Source: Chrysomallon squamiferum
Lineage: Eukaryota > Animalia > Mollusca
Assembly: GCA_012295275.1 (NCBI GenBank)
Contig: CM022668.1
Coordinates: 6,076,001 to 6,140,000 of the forward strand
Direction: 5' to 3'
DNA length: 64,000 bases
Below are positions 48,383 through 64,000 of the stretch, one piece after another; positions within the stretch are counted from its first letter, which is position 1, and every line of letters starts with the position of its first letter. Under the pieces are notes generated by a model that worked only from the letters and a program-made list of their open reading frames with translations, did not search any database and was not told where the DNA came from. Made by a program: the position numbers and the translations under genes.

Positions 48383-51058
48383 CTGTTTCGTTGTCGTTTT
48401 ACTTGGAAACATTTTTAACATAAGTTCGTTACATTTTGGATAATTTTCGATTCACTTCCATTTCTGTATAGTTATATATAATTAGTTTAATTACATTAAT
48501 TACAGAAAATAGAAATTTATCCATTTATTAAATATCTATTTTATTCAGGTTAATGCGATTTATATGTATATGGCTGGATAGTGCGATCTACATGTTGCAG
48601 TTGTTGTTGATTGTGTTGTTGTTATTCGTGGCAGTAGTAGTAGTGGTAATAATGTTAGTAAGAATACCACAAATGTACAAAACAATGAAAAAGTATTAAT
48701 AATGGTAATGGAAATAGTTTTTGTGATAGTAGTAGTAGTAGTAGTAGTAGTGGCAGCAACTGTAATAGAAGTATCAATAGCTAGTGTTGTTGTAGCAGCA
48801 ACAACAGCAACTCAAGCCGCATTTGTAGTTGTAGTGTCGTAGTGAAAGTCATTATAATAATAAAAGTAGTAATAAGCTTGTATCCGAAAATCCTGCAAAT
48901 CCAGAAATACAGAGCACCTGCGGTTCCAAGCTTTCCGGATAAACTTGTCGTAGTAGTAGTAGTAGGAGGAGTAGGAGTAGTGGTAGTGGTAACAGCTGTA
49001 GCAAAGTCTCAGTAATTTCAGCAATAGTAGCCGATTAGTATTAGTAGTATTGCAGAAACGCTGAAATAAGTGTTGCAGAAGTAGTACTAGTACTAGTGGC
49101 GGCCGTTGTAACTGCAGCACAAGATGCTAGCAGTGTAATATTAGCAATAACCTTGGACTTCGTCGATGTGGTAGTAGTGGTAATTGTGTTAATAGTAGCT
49201 GTATCAATGTAACAGTGGTAGTGATAGTACTAGTCGTAGTAGTAATAGCAGTAGCAGCGGTAATAGTAATAGTAGTAGACATAGTAGAAGTAGAATATCT
49301 AAGTATGTATATAGGTCTGTTTGTCTGTCTCACTATATGTGTGTGTTTTTGCTTCTGTGTGTTTTTGTGTCTGTCTGTCTCAGTGTGTGTTTGTGTGTAT
49401 ATATATATATAAAAGTGTGTGTGAATATATTTGTGTGTATATTTATGTGTCTATCTTTGTGTTTCTGTATATATATATATGAATATATCTGTATGTATGT
49501 GTACATACACATAGAAACATAGAAAGTAATTCCTCACAAAGTTTTTTCCATTATCAAGCACTCAACAATTCGAACATTATTATGATACCTTTATTATGAC
49601 ACTGCAGAATTTATGATTTCAATACTTTATTTTTCTTTACTTCAAGTTTCCGCGTCTCACTGTGAAATGAAAAACAAAATAAAATTAAAATAACAAAGAT
49701 CTTTAGCCTCTTGTTTACAGTAGTCTGTTGTATACAATAGTCTGGTGTATACAATAGCCTATTGCATAATATTGTCTCTTCTACTGAGTTTCAAATGACT
49801 GTGTTGTAGTAGAATAACTAAGTTACACAGAGCTTTGTTTCTACAACAGAAAATAGCTAGTAAAGAAACATTTAAAAATGACAAGGAAATAACATATTAT
49901 TTTATTCATAAAGTGCTCAGAGAAAAAATTCCTGGGAAGAAAACACGTCATAAAATAACACGACTATTAGTAATTAGTTCAGTTAGTTTCTTATATAATA
50001 AAGTCGATCTGTTTGTGTAAAAAACGTTGATGATAATAATGGCGATGATGATAATGATGATATAAATTAAGCGAAGTAAATAAATAAAAATTAGGAAAGA
50101 AAATAAATAAATAAAACGAAGGAATGCATGAATGTATGAATGAACGAAGAAATAAATAGATAATTAAATAAATAAATTAAAATTGAAAATTTTTAATAAT
50201 AATCCCATTCATGAAAAATCACTATTTACACGAGACACACAGAACAGACTCGACACTGCGGATCATGAACAGGTTTTGCTTGTTTTCTTAATCAGATGAA
50301 AATAAACGTCTCAATAGCGCTCTAGGTTTACAATGACATGTTCGAGCGGCAGCCTAACTCGATCACTGTGCTGTGTCATTCTGTAGTTTTATTTGTGGCT
50401 CAGGGTTTACAAGCGTCGACTTGTAAAAGGGGGGATAACCCACTTCTTGGCCTCGCTTAAATTGTTATATATGTTTCAATGAATACCCTGCTATTGGTTT
50501 ATCCAGGACGCACTGTTTGGGAAGGTGCCAACAAAATATCTCTTCCTGCTAATAGAAAAGTGTATCCCGTGCAATATCGCGTTTTCTGTATCAATAAAAT
50601 TATTTGAAAAAGTCTGATACTAAGATATTCATATAAATTTTCTTAACTTTGTTAATTAAATAATAAATGATGTCAGTCAGATGACATACATTTTTTGAAA
50701 GAAGAATGAAACGAATAAACAATCTGTCAATGAAATAAACAACATCAACAACAACAACAACAATGATGTTAATAATGTACAGTCAGGAAAAGTAAATAAA
50801 TGAACGAATGAACGAACAAATGAACGAAATGAATAAATAAAGAGACACATAAGTAAATAAACAAGAACATTCTAAGGGAAAAAAAGAAGATAGAAAAATA
50901 AGACAAATAAAAATTGCTACAATTTACTGAATTTTATGAACAACTTGCTAAAAATGGCTCCGTAGTTATGGAAACGTCACGTGATGCCAAAGGGGTCAGA
51001 ATCCGCAAGATTAACGAATATCGAATGCTAAAGAAGTTTATTAATAACTTTAAAAAAA

Positions 51059-51099
<41 letters not shown>

Positions 51100-51395
51100 A
51101 TATATTATTTGCCTGCTTTAAATTGGAACAAGAATTCTTAAATGTCTTTTCTGCTGCGTGAAACCTGGCACTGGCAGGTTTGTAGTTTTGTTTGAATATT
51201 GTCTGAGTTGTGTACGTCTCATTACACTGGGCACTTAGTCAATATTCAAGAACGCAGTGACACAGACAGACAAAGTTCAGTCACGACTTCACCAACCCCG
51301 TCAGAAACCGCTGACGAGACTCGAACGTACGGCAATCATTCGCCCGAACCCCCAAGGCGGATCATGTTACCATGTGTGTGTCTGTGTGTGCTGTA

Positions 51396-51449
<54 letters not shown>

Positions 51450-51779
51450 ATGCGTGTGTGTGTGTGTGAGTGTCTGTGTGTATTATGTAAATATATGTGT
51501 GGTTATATTTGTGTATGGATGTATGTATGCCCGTTTGCATATACTTACACACGCATTATACATATATAGAGATGCGGAAAGAGAAACTTACAGAAACACA
51601 CACACACACGCACACACACACGCACACATACATATAGCTAGAAAACAGACAGATAATTAAATAGCTATACGCATTGAGAAATAATAAAATTACAAAAGTG
51701 ATAAATAAAATAAAAATAATAAAACAAATAAACAAAATGTAAAGGTTTAACAAAAGCAAGGACAGAAAGGTGATATGAA

Positions 51780-52096
51780 CTAATATATTCCTAGAAGTTT
51801 AGTATTCCTCGGGAAACTGTTGTTATTTTTATCTATAACGGAAGTTACATTGTTAGTATTGGATACCCGGCCATTAGTTTAATCACTGAAAAACACACTG
51901 CTGTTTGCAAGTTATCTCCTAACTTCAGTATTGTTTATTTAGTTATTTAGTTTTGTCATCTTTACTTTGTGCACCGTACAGTTTCATAAAAAAAAATAAT
52001 AATAATCGTAAGGGAGAGAGAGAGAAAACAGAAAAGAAAATTTAATAAAAAATACGAAGAACTTGAAGAAACGAAAAGGGATTCAAGAATGTAAGT
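51780..52096 (+). promoter_or_regulatory. Putative promoter and first exon of INX3 (AT|gtaagt)
   Basis: Paralog of 1480-1795: TTCCTAGAA 51788-51796, ACGGAAGT 51838-51845, donor GTAAGT 52091-52096. Confidence 0.5.
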
Positions 52097-52525
52097 ACAA
52101 TATATAGTTTATTTTATTAGTTCATATTATAATATATTAATATAGCCTCCTTTTTTTTATTTATTTATTTATTTATTTATTTATCTATTTATTTATTTAA
52201 TTAATTCCGTACTGACTTATTCATATATCTGAAAGTGAAAACTCACCAAGTCTATTAAATAACTCCTCTATCAACAATGACAGTTAGTTAATAATAATAA
52301 CTAAAAGATAAATAAATTAATTAATTAGTTAATTAATTAATTAATAAATAAAAGTATTTTTAAATACTTTTTTAATGTATAGTTAATAAAACTGGGACGC
52401 TTAAGACATTATTTTCTTATATTAATCTTTTGACGGAACCCAAATAAACTTTAAGAAACTGGAATAAAACAAATATATGTTAAAAAATAAATAAATAAAT
52501 AAATAAAGATTAACAAATAGAAACA

Positions 52526-52576
<51 letters not shown>

Positions 52577-53015
52577 ACATAAAGGATAATGACAATGAAA
52601 TACATATATAAATAATAATTTAAGAAGTAAAACATTTAATTTTGAGAGGTAAGACTTCACAATATCTTTTTTCTAAGTTAACTGCTCGTTTCTGGATCAA
52701 CTGTCATTTGAATGTTTTGTTTCAGAGATGTGATTATTATGTAATTGTATCTCACACACTTGTAACAGAAGACTCACGCCTCACTGACTCCGTTGCTTTG
52801 TTAGTTTATTCTATTAACCTTTGCATGTCGATCTAGACACGTTGAACCGTTTGCTTTGTTTATCTAATCTGCTATATATATGTGTGCCTCTGTACGTATC
52901 TATACTTGTGTGCATGTGTGTTTGCATGTGTGTGTGTGGGGGGGTGTATAGCTTTTTGAATCTTTAGTAATGATAATAATAACAGTAGCGCTAGTAGTGG
53001 TAGTAGTTATACTAG

Positions 53016-53060
<45 letters not shown>

Positions 53061-53509
53061 GTGATAACTGTGATGATTATAATGATGATGACAATCATTA
53101 TGATGATGATAATGATAAAAGTTATACATTTTTAGTAGTGATAGTAGTAATAATAGTAGTAGTAATGGTGGTAGTAGACGCAAATAAAGATGATGCAAAA
53201 AAATAAAGAGTGAACTACTTACTGTGTTAGACATAAACTGAATTCAAGTGATAACCTCACAGACACTGCATTGTTTACACTACTGACATCTTCAAGTTTG
53301 TCCATCTGTCTGTCTGTCCAAACATCTTATACCTGTCAGTGTGTCTGTCCAGACATCTACAACCTGTTTCTGTGTCTGAAAGGACTTTATTCTTCAGTTT
53401 TGTGTCAATGGTTTTAGCATGTTTCTGTATGTTTCTCTGCGGCTGTACATGATAATGATGAACAAATAGAATGTTATATTTAATTTTTTACTTTTCTTTG
53501 TTAATTTAG

Positions 53510-54734
53510 GTCAGATGAAATAATTGGCGCGCTGCCAAAGTTCAATCTGCTGCGACCTGTGCGTGACGACGACAAAGTCGACCGTCTTCATTATGTCGTC
53601 GTAGCTGCATTACTGCTGTCGATGGCGGTGTTTGTGGGCACGGCTAAGCTGGTAGGCGATCCTATTCACTGCTGGGTTCCAGCCGAATACGCGACAGAAC
53701 CAGGCCAGTTCAATGCTTACGTCAATTCTTTCTGCTGGATATCGTCAATGTATCACGTGACCATGAATGAACCAATCCCCGTTGAGCAACCAGATCGACA
53801 GAAAACGAGAATAATTTTATATCCCTGGGTAGCTATAATGTTCATGGTTCAGGCATTGCTGTTTTTTCTGCCGCATCTTTTCTGGAAATCGCTAAATGCT
53901 AAATGCGGGGTGAATATTAAACTCATCATTGAGAAGACAATGGACGCTGATTTGGAACACACTGATGTAAAGGAAAGACAAGAGATTCTGAGTCAAACAG
54001 CTGTCTACATAGACAGATTCAGAGACATGTTTTCTAAGAAATTCCTGTCTATCGGTACCAAGTCTGGATCCTACCTCTTTCAGCTGTTTCTTTTGACAAA
54101 GATTCTCTACCTCGTCAACGTCATCGTTCAGTTTCCTCTGCTCTCAAAGTTCTTGGAAATTGACTACTACACCTACGGGATCGAGGTCGTTTCATCTCTC
54201 TCACAAAACCAATTCTGGATCGATTCCCGTCACTTCCCGAGAATTTCGCTCTGTGACTTCGAGATCCGACAACTTCAGAACGTCCAGAAGTGGACAGTGC
54301 AGTGTGTCTTATCCATCAACCTCTTTCTGGAGAAGATGTACATACTCCTTTGGTTCATCTTTTCTTTGCTGGCAGTAGCAACCGTCCTTAGCCTCATCTC
54401 ATGGACAACCGAGTTAATCATCGTCTCTAAACGAGAGAGATTTCTCGAGAAATACCGAGTCAGTATGAAAAATATGCTAGCAGACGACATGGGTCTTTTT
54501 CACACATTCTGCCGAAGTTATTTGCAGAAGGACGGTATTTTCTTGTTGAGGATGTTGGAGAGGAACACCTCGTACCTAATATCACAGGATGTCTTTAATT
54601 TGCTGTGGGTGATATTCCTCTGGAGGAGTCGAAGGCTGGAAGATTGGAATGCTGAGAATGTTAGTGACGTAACAGAGGAGTTCTGGAAGAAATGTGGAAA
54701 GATGAATTTGAAGAAGAATCATCTACATCATTGA
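53510..54734 (+). CDS. Innexin INX3, main coding exon; ~408 aa with split AT|G start (AT at 52089-52090)
   Basis: Same innexin motifs as INX1; acceptor ...ttaatttag ends at 53509; ends NHLHH* because of a 33-bp deletion across the ancestral stop. Confidence 0.93.
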
Positions 54735-54954
54735 TAAATTGCTGTCTTCTGAGGCAATCAAACAAATAATACAAATATGTTTAACATTAGTTTAACTCAG
54801 TGATTCCCAACATGAAGCAAGACTACTGGTTTATGTGAATGTTTTATTTTGTTTTAAGCGTGCAGAAATATGACAGTATGACATTCCAAGATTAACATTT
54901 TTCTTTATTTAAAACAGAGTCCATATATAACACCTACTTATCTTTCTGAAGTTT

Positions 54955-54997
<43 letters not shown>

Positions 54998-56354
54998 GTG
55001 ATGATTATGGTAGAAGCAGCGGTAACAGTGATAGTCGTGGTGATAGTAGTAGTGATAATAACAACAAAAATTCAACACACACACACACACACACACGCAA
55101 ACACACACGCACACACACAAACAAACAGACACACACACACACACACATGTCGTAACGTGATCCGCTTTGGGAGTGCGGGCGAATGACTGCCGTACTTTCC
55201 TGTCTCGTCAGCGGTTTCTGACGGGTTTGATGATGCTGTGACTGAACTTTGTCTGTCTGTGTCAGACCGATCCTGAATATTGACTAAGTGCCCAGTGTAA
55301 TCAGACGTACATAACTCAGAGACAGTTCAAAATCCTAAACTGCAATCCTAACAGTGCCAGGCTTCCCACAAAAAATAGATGCACGCAAGAATGACGAAAG
55401 ACAAAGAACGGCGTGCTTATTGGGAAGCTATCATTACCTCGGTTATTGAGAAACTTTTTTAAGGTTGTCTTGGTGGTTGAACGGTAACATCGTCCACCTT
55501 CAGTGAGCGGGCGAATGGATGCAATAGAATATTCAACATCCTAAAATACATGCTTATAGATATACATCGTAGTGTATTGACTGAAAAAAAGATAATAATT
55601 TGAGGAACGCAAAGAGGTGGGTTAGCCCCCTGTCACGGAATTCATTAATCAAAATTACTTAAACGTATGTGTTATGATTGTATAATGTATTTTTATCAAG
55701 TCACCTGTATATCATAATTAAATAATTAATGTGAGCCTTCACTTGTATTGTATTTATTTCTCTAGTGGATAGACAGACTTTTTGATTTATAAAGTTTGCT
55801 GTCAATTTAGCGTTTATACTCTTTGTTAGGCGGCCATTAATGTACCTTGTTACCTTAGACTGAGCCTTAATAAAAAAATACAAGCTAGTTAAAGGTATGA
55901 GCACCGTGACGCAATCCCCCCCCCCCCTTTTACAGAGTGACACCTCTAACCCTTGAACAACACATAAAACTACAGGATGACAAAGCTGAATGATCCAGTT
56001 CGGCTGTCGCACGAACATGTAATTATAACCGCAACGCTATTGGGACTAGTCCAAGACAGAATATCTTAGTTGGTCGCTCGGAAACATTGTTTCGTTTTGT
56101 ACCGGCGTTCATATTACAACAAATGTGAAACCTAGACTGGAGTCGTTTATTTTCATCTGATTAAGGAAACAAAAAGACAAAGAACGGCGTGCTTCGTGGG
56201 AAGCGATGATTACCCTCGGTTACTGAGCAACTTTGTTGAGGTTGTCTTGGTGGTTGAACGGTAACATCGTCAGCATTTGGAGTGCAGGCGAATGGGTGCT
56301 ATACAATATTCAACATCCTAAAATACATGCTTATACAAATACATTCATATACAT

Positions 56355-56476
<122 letters not shown>

Positions 56477-58281
56477 TTGATAAATTTCGCATCATTCTTT
56501 TCGGAGGCATTTAACACTCAACACTTTATTTCATTCTTAATGTATTCTTTAACAATGTGAAACTTTGAAACGATTTTCTGTAAATGTCTCTGGAGTTTAC
56601 TCTCTCGAAACAAATGTGATGACGAACACGTCAAGAAAGATGAAGACGCCATTCACTAAAACAACAACGATAACACAGTATTCAAACTACATTTTAATTA
56701 AATTTTAACCCGCTAAATAATCCTACATTTCTTTTATTAATTATAAAACATGAAACACGACTGAAGATCTTTGAGGCGAAACATTTCAAGTGAAGCGTGT
56801 ATTTCACCTAGTTACTACAAATGTTTCATTGTTGTCTTTGTTCAAGTTCTCAATTTGCTTAATATTGAAGACATGCATGACGTTAGCGATTAGGTTAACG
56901 TTGTCGATTTGGTCGATATTATGGACTTGCTTAGTTTTGACGACTTGCTGAACGTTCTGTATTTGCTTAACTTGTAAAAGTGTACAATAATCTGGACTGA
57001 TTTTAGAAACGGGATAGTTTCGAAGCGTTCATCGTATTAATCATGACTCTTTGTATAATTACATCTGACAGTCAGACATCTAGAATTTTCTAATACATCG
57101 ATTCATCTGACCATCCATCATCCATTCACAGATTCATGCATCCTTCCGCTTATCTGTTCATTGTCCGTCAGTTAGTTCTTCCATTCGTAACTGTATATGT
57201 CTGTTAGTATCTATAAATATATGCATATGCGTTGTTCTCACACTCTCTGTCTGTCTGTTTGTGCATTTGTGAATTATAACGATAATCGATATTATATAAA
57301 AGATCTCAGTTCGACTGTACTATTTACCTGTTTGTTTTTCTGTTTGTCTACATGTCTCTATAATCTTTGTATCTGTCTGTTTGTGAGTCTCACTGTCTGT
57401 CTGTCTTTGTTTGTTTCTCAGTATACTGCTGTCTGTCAGTATATCTTTCTATAAATGAACTCTAAATGAACTCTTCTCAGTTATCGATAGAAACACTGAG
57501 TTATTTCATTTAGAAATAATCGAGTATATCAAATAATAAAATTAATCGAGGAAACTGGATTTTACCTGCAAAAAGTTTATTTTCATATCGTTCTGAAGAA
57601 AACAGTGGAAAATAATTAATTTTTATTTTTTCACATTTATAATTTAAACACAGTATTTAACACAGTCAATACTTTTCTATGCAATGGATTAATTAAAGAT
57701 AAAAATATAATTAATAATCAATATAGGTGTTTTAACAACTATATAGTTAAACAGCATCGGGGTTCTTCGGCGCATTAAATGAAAATATAATGATTCTAAG
57801 GTTAAAGGCCCTTACACACTAGACAATTCTACAAGTTATAGTTATGTATGGATGAGAGTGGCGGGCTCTGAAATCGCTTCTTGGAACAAGTCTTCAGAAT
57901 CTTACGTCGAAGACACGGCTCCTGAAACCTTCATTTCTTGTTACAGCTTTACATTACGGAAAATGTATTCTATTGTGAATTGATTTAAAATAAGTAAATA
58001 AATAAATAAGTAAGTAAGTAAGTAAAACATTTACATAAATAAATAAATAAATAAATAAAGGAAAAGTAATGAAAAATACGAGAAAACAAAAGAAACAAAG
58101 TCACAAACAAACCAACAAACAAACCAATAAACAAATAAAGAAAAAAGTATAGAAAAACAAGAGAAAAATCATTTCAAACAAATAAACAGATGAACAGATA
58201 AATAAATAAATAAATAAATAAATAATGACTTTGCGATTGTCGTTGTTGTTGTTGTTGTTGTTGTTGTTCTTCTTCTTCTTC

Positions 58282-58313
<32 letters not shown>

Positions 58314-59417
58314 ATTATTATTATTATGACATTATTATTATTACTAAAGTTATTGTTGTTGCTGTTGTTTTTTTAGATTTCCGATCTATATTTTTATACG
58401 TCATCTATTCAATCATAATATTACGTTCTTGTTTTCTTTCGATAAACGTCTGAATATATCAACTTTGAATAGATTCAATATGTTGTGTTGTTATTTCACT
58501 TTTGTTTATTTTGCAAATGAATTTTTTTTTCTCCATTGATCTGTGAACCACAAATATTTTTTTACTTCTATGAGTATAGGTACTTCACCTATCAATAAAT
58601 ACACACGGATTAGTAATTACCTCTCATGAACTGTTCGGCTGCCACTGAATAAAACTGAATGTGTTGTATTGTGTGCTAAATTAGTTTTCTCTCTAAGAAG
58701 TATACATGATGTCATATAACCAGGCTTTACAGTTACCATGATAACAGGATGTGTTCAAGAATCTTAATAGAATATGCGAAAACGTGAAGGTTCTATCGAC
58801 GACAAAAAAGATTATATTATTATTTTTCATGATTCTCAGATTTATTATCGATTTTATCAAAGTTTATTTAACTTTTTAATTTTAAAACTATTTATTTATT
58901 GATTTATCTATATATTTATACATTCATGCATTCGTTCATTTATTTTTTCATTCGTTTATTCATTTATTTGTTTATTTGATTTATATATTTAAGTATTTAT
59001 TTTCTTTATTTTAGTTTATTTTACTTTATTTTTTAAATTCTCCTGTGTCATGTTGAGGTGATCAGTGCTTGATGCTAAACTGGATTAATCAATTAAGAAA
59101 TTTTGAGAGTTAGGAACTGATGTTAACTAAACTGTTTACTTTGATGAATTACTTGCTATTTAATTATTTAGAATTACGTTATGCCAACTCGCTGCGTCTG
59201 TATGAATCTTTAGTTCTTCACGATAGAAAATAGCCAAGAAGATAAACAAACGCCTCCCCATGACAATACGTCTATTTCAGAAGTATTATAAGAAACCAGT
59301 GAACTTCGGACAATTATTCTGAACTCAGAAATCAACGGTGTAATGGAGAGAACTAAAGGAACGTAATATTTGAACCAAAAACAGCAAAACTGGATTTATT
59401 TCTTACAAATATTAAAA

Positions 59418-62326
<2,909 letters not shown>

Positions 62327-64000
62327 CGCCAGTTTAGTACTGAAGTTAAGATGAGTTTAGTTTTGAAGTTAAAGTTCAGCTTCTTCATTTGAGTCTTGTA
62401 TAAGTTTTAATATCTCTGGACAGTATGAAGATGTTTATTTAATTACTTTAAAATTTTGTTTGTTTTTAATTGATTATTTATTATTTGTTTATTTACAAAT
62501 GCGTTCGTTTGTTTTATTTTTGTGTATTTATTTCTTAGAGGGATTAATTTTCAACAAGCTATTGTTATTCCATATTTTTAAACAAAAATAAGTTGATCAA
62601 GCTTTGTTCTAAAGGAACATGCCATGTTGGAACAGTTAATCATGCTTTGTTCTAAAGAAAAATATGAAGTTGGAACTGTTCAGCTTCTTCATTTAAGTCT
62701 TGTATACGTTTTAATATCTATGGGCAGTATGTAGATGTTTATTTAATTACTTTAAAATTGTATTTATTATTTGTTTATTTACAAATGTGTTCGTTTGTTT
62801 AATTTTTGTGTATTTATTTGTTAGAGGGATTACTTTTCAACGAGCTATTGTTATTCCATGTTCTGAAATAAAAATCAGTTAATCAAGCTTTGCTTTGAAG
62901 GAAGAGTTCATCAAACGTTTTGTTGTAAAGGCGCATTTCATAAAACATTCCATGGAACATTCCAGTTCGGAAAAGTTAATCAAGCTTTGTTCTAAAGAAA
63001 CATATGAAGTTGCAACAGTTCTTCAAACTTTGTTCTAATGGAACAGTCCATGTTGGAACAGTTCATCAAACTTTGTTCTAGAGGAAGATTCCGTGCATAA
63101 TCACACTGCTTATTAATATTATTATAACTCTTTGAAACACGTTCATACAAAATCTTTTTGGTTCTTCTGTTTTTATCACGTGATACCTCTGTGTTTATAT
63201 TTACTTTTTATAAAGTTATTAACAGCTTCTTTTTGTAGTACATAATAAGTTTCATCTGAAACTTCGTGTCACATAACAATTCATACTTCAGACTGAAGTG
63301 CTTACTAAATAAAGTCACTTTTGTTTTTATTGATTAGTATTGATGTACTTTTTTCGTTCCGCGAAATAACCAGGGGATTTAGATCGATTTGTCATTTAAT
63401 AATTTTTTTATTTCTGCGAGTGAATTGTCTCCCTATAATGTTTTGAAATGGCAATTATCTGTCAGACAAGTTGAATTAATAATTATGGCTTTGTTATAAA
63501 TGTTAATAATTTGTGACTCCATTTAATAATAAAACGATTGGTTTAAACATAAAATAAAAAATTGATATTTTGTCATTATTATTATTATTATTATTATTAT
63601 TTACATGTTTTATGTGCTAACGTATTTTGTTAATGAAATATTGTGTGTCAGTATTCTAGTCCAATATATTAATACAGTATTTACTACCACAACAGCTTTG
63701 TTGACACCTTCTTCAAGACCACTGTTAACTGCGATCATCATAATCCTTAGCGTCGTCATCATGATCACCAACATCATCATCATCATCATCTTAACTACAG
63801 GCGTGATACTTATTTGCACCTTTTCGATCATAATCATCGACTTCATTATTATCGTTATCGTCAAAACAGCATCATTGTTATCGGCGTCATTATAATCATC
63901 AATATTACGTAACAATGACTATAAAAATAAAATTAAAAAATAATACAGATAGATAGATAGATTTTCAAGTTGAATCTCTTTATATTATTTAATTATTAAT

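Overview
AT-rich, microsatellite-dense animal genomic DNA (inferred lophotrochozoan, probably mollusc) with two 200-N scaffold gaps. The window is a rearranged segmental-duplication cluster built from two gene families. (1) Three innexin copies: INX1 3164-4412 (+, intact), INX2 30385-31197 (-, 5' third deleted) and INX3 53510-54734 (+, new C-terminus); the start ATG appears split across one intron. (2) A six-exon, ~355-aa putatively secreted protein with PAN/Apple + 4-Cys FOLN/EGF-like + fibrinogen C-terminal (FBG/FReD) domains. Five full exon sets were reconstructed by hand with identical exon sizes 276/130/140/97/165/260 nt (last exon 257 nt in PF4): PF2, PF4, PF5, PF6 and PF7. There are also two orphan exons (PF1, PF3) and older fossil exons. 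Genes recur as co-oriented FReD-innexin-FReD cassettes, arranged as an ~11/16-kb inverted duplication around the second gap and a ~10-kb direct repeat at 50.3-kb spacing. FBG exon 5 is homogenised while the ligand-binding exon 6 is variable and, in PF4, chimeric. Caveat: some duplication may be uncollapsed haplotypes. All alignments were done by eye.
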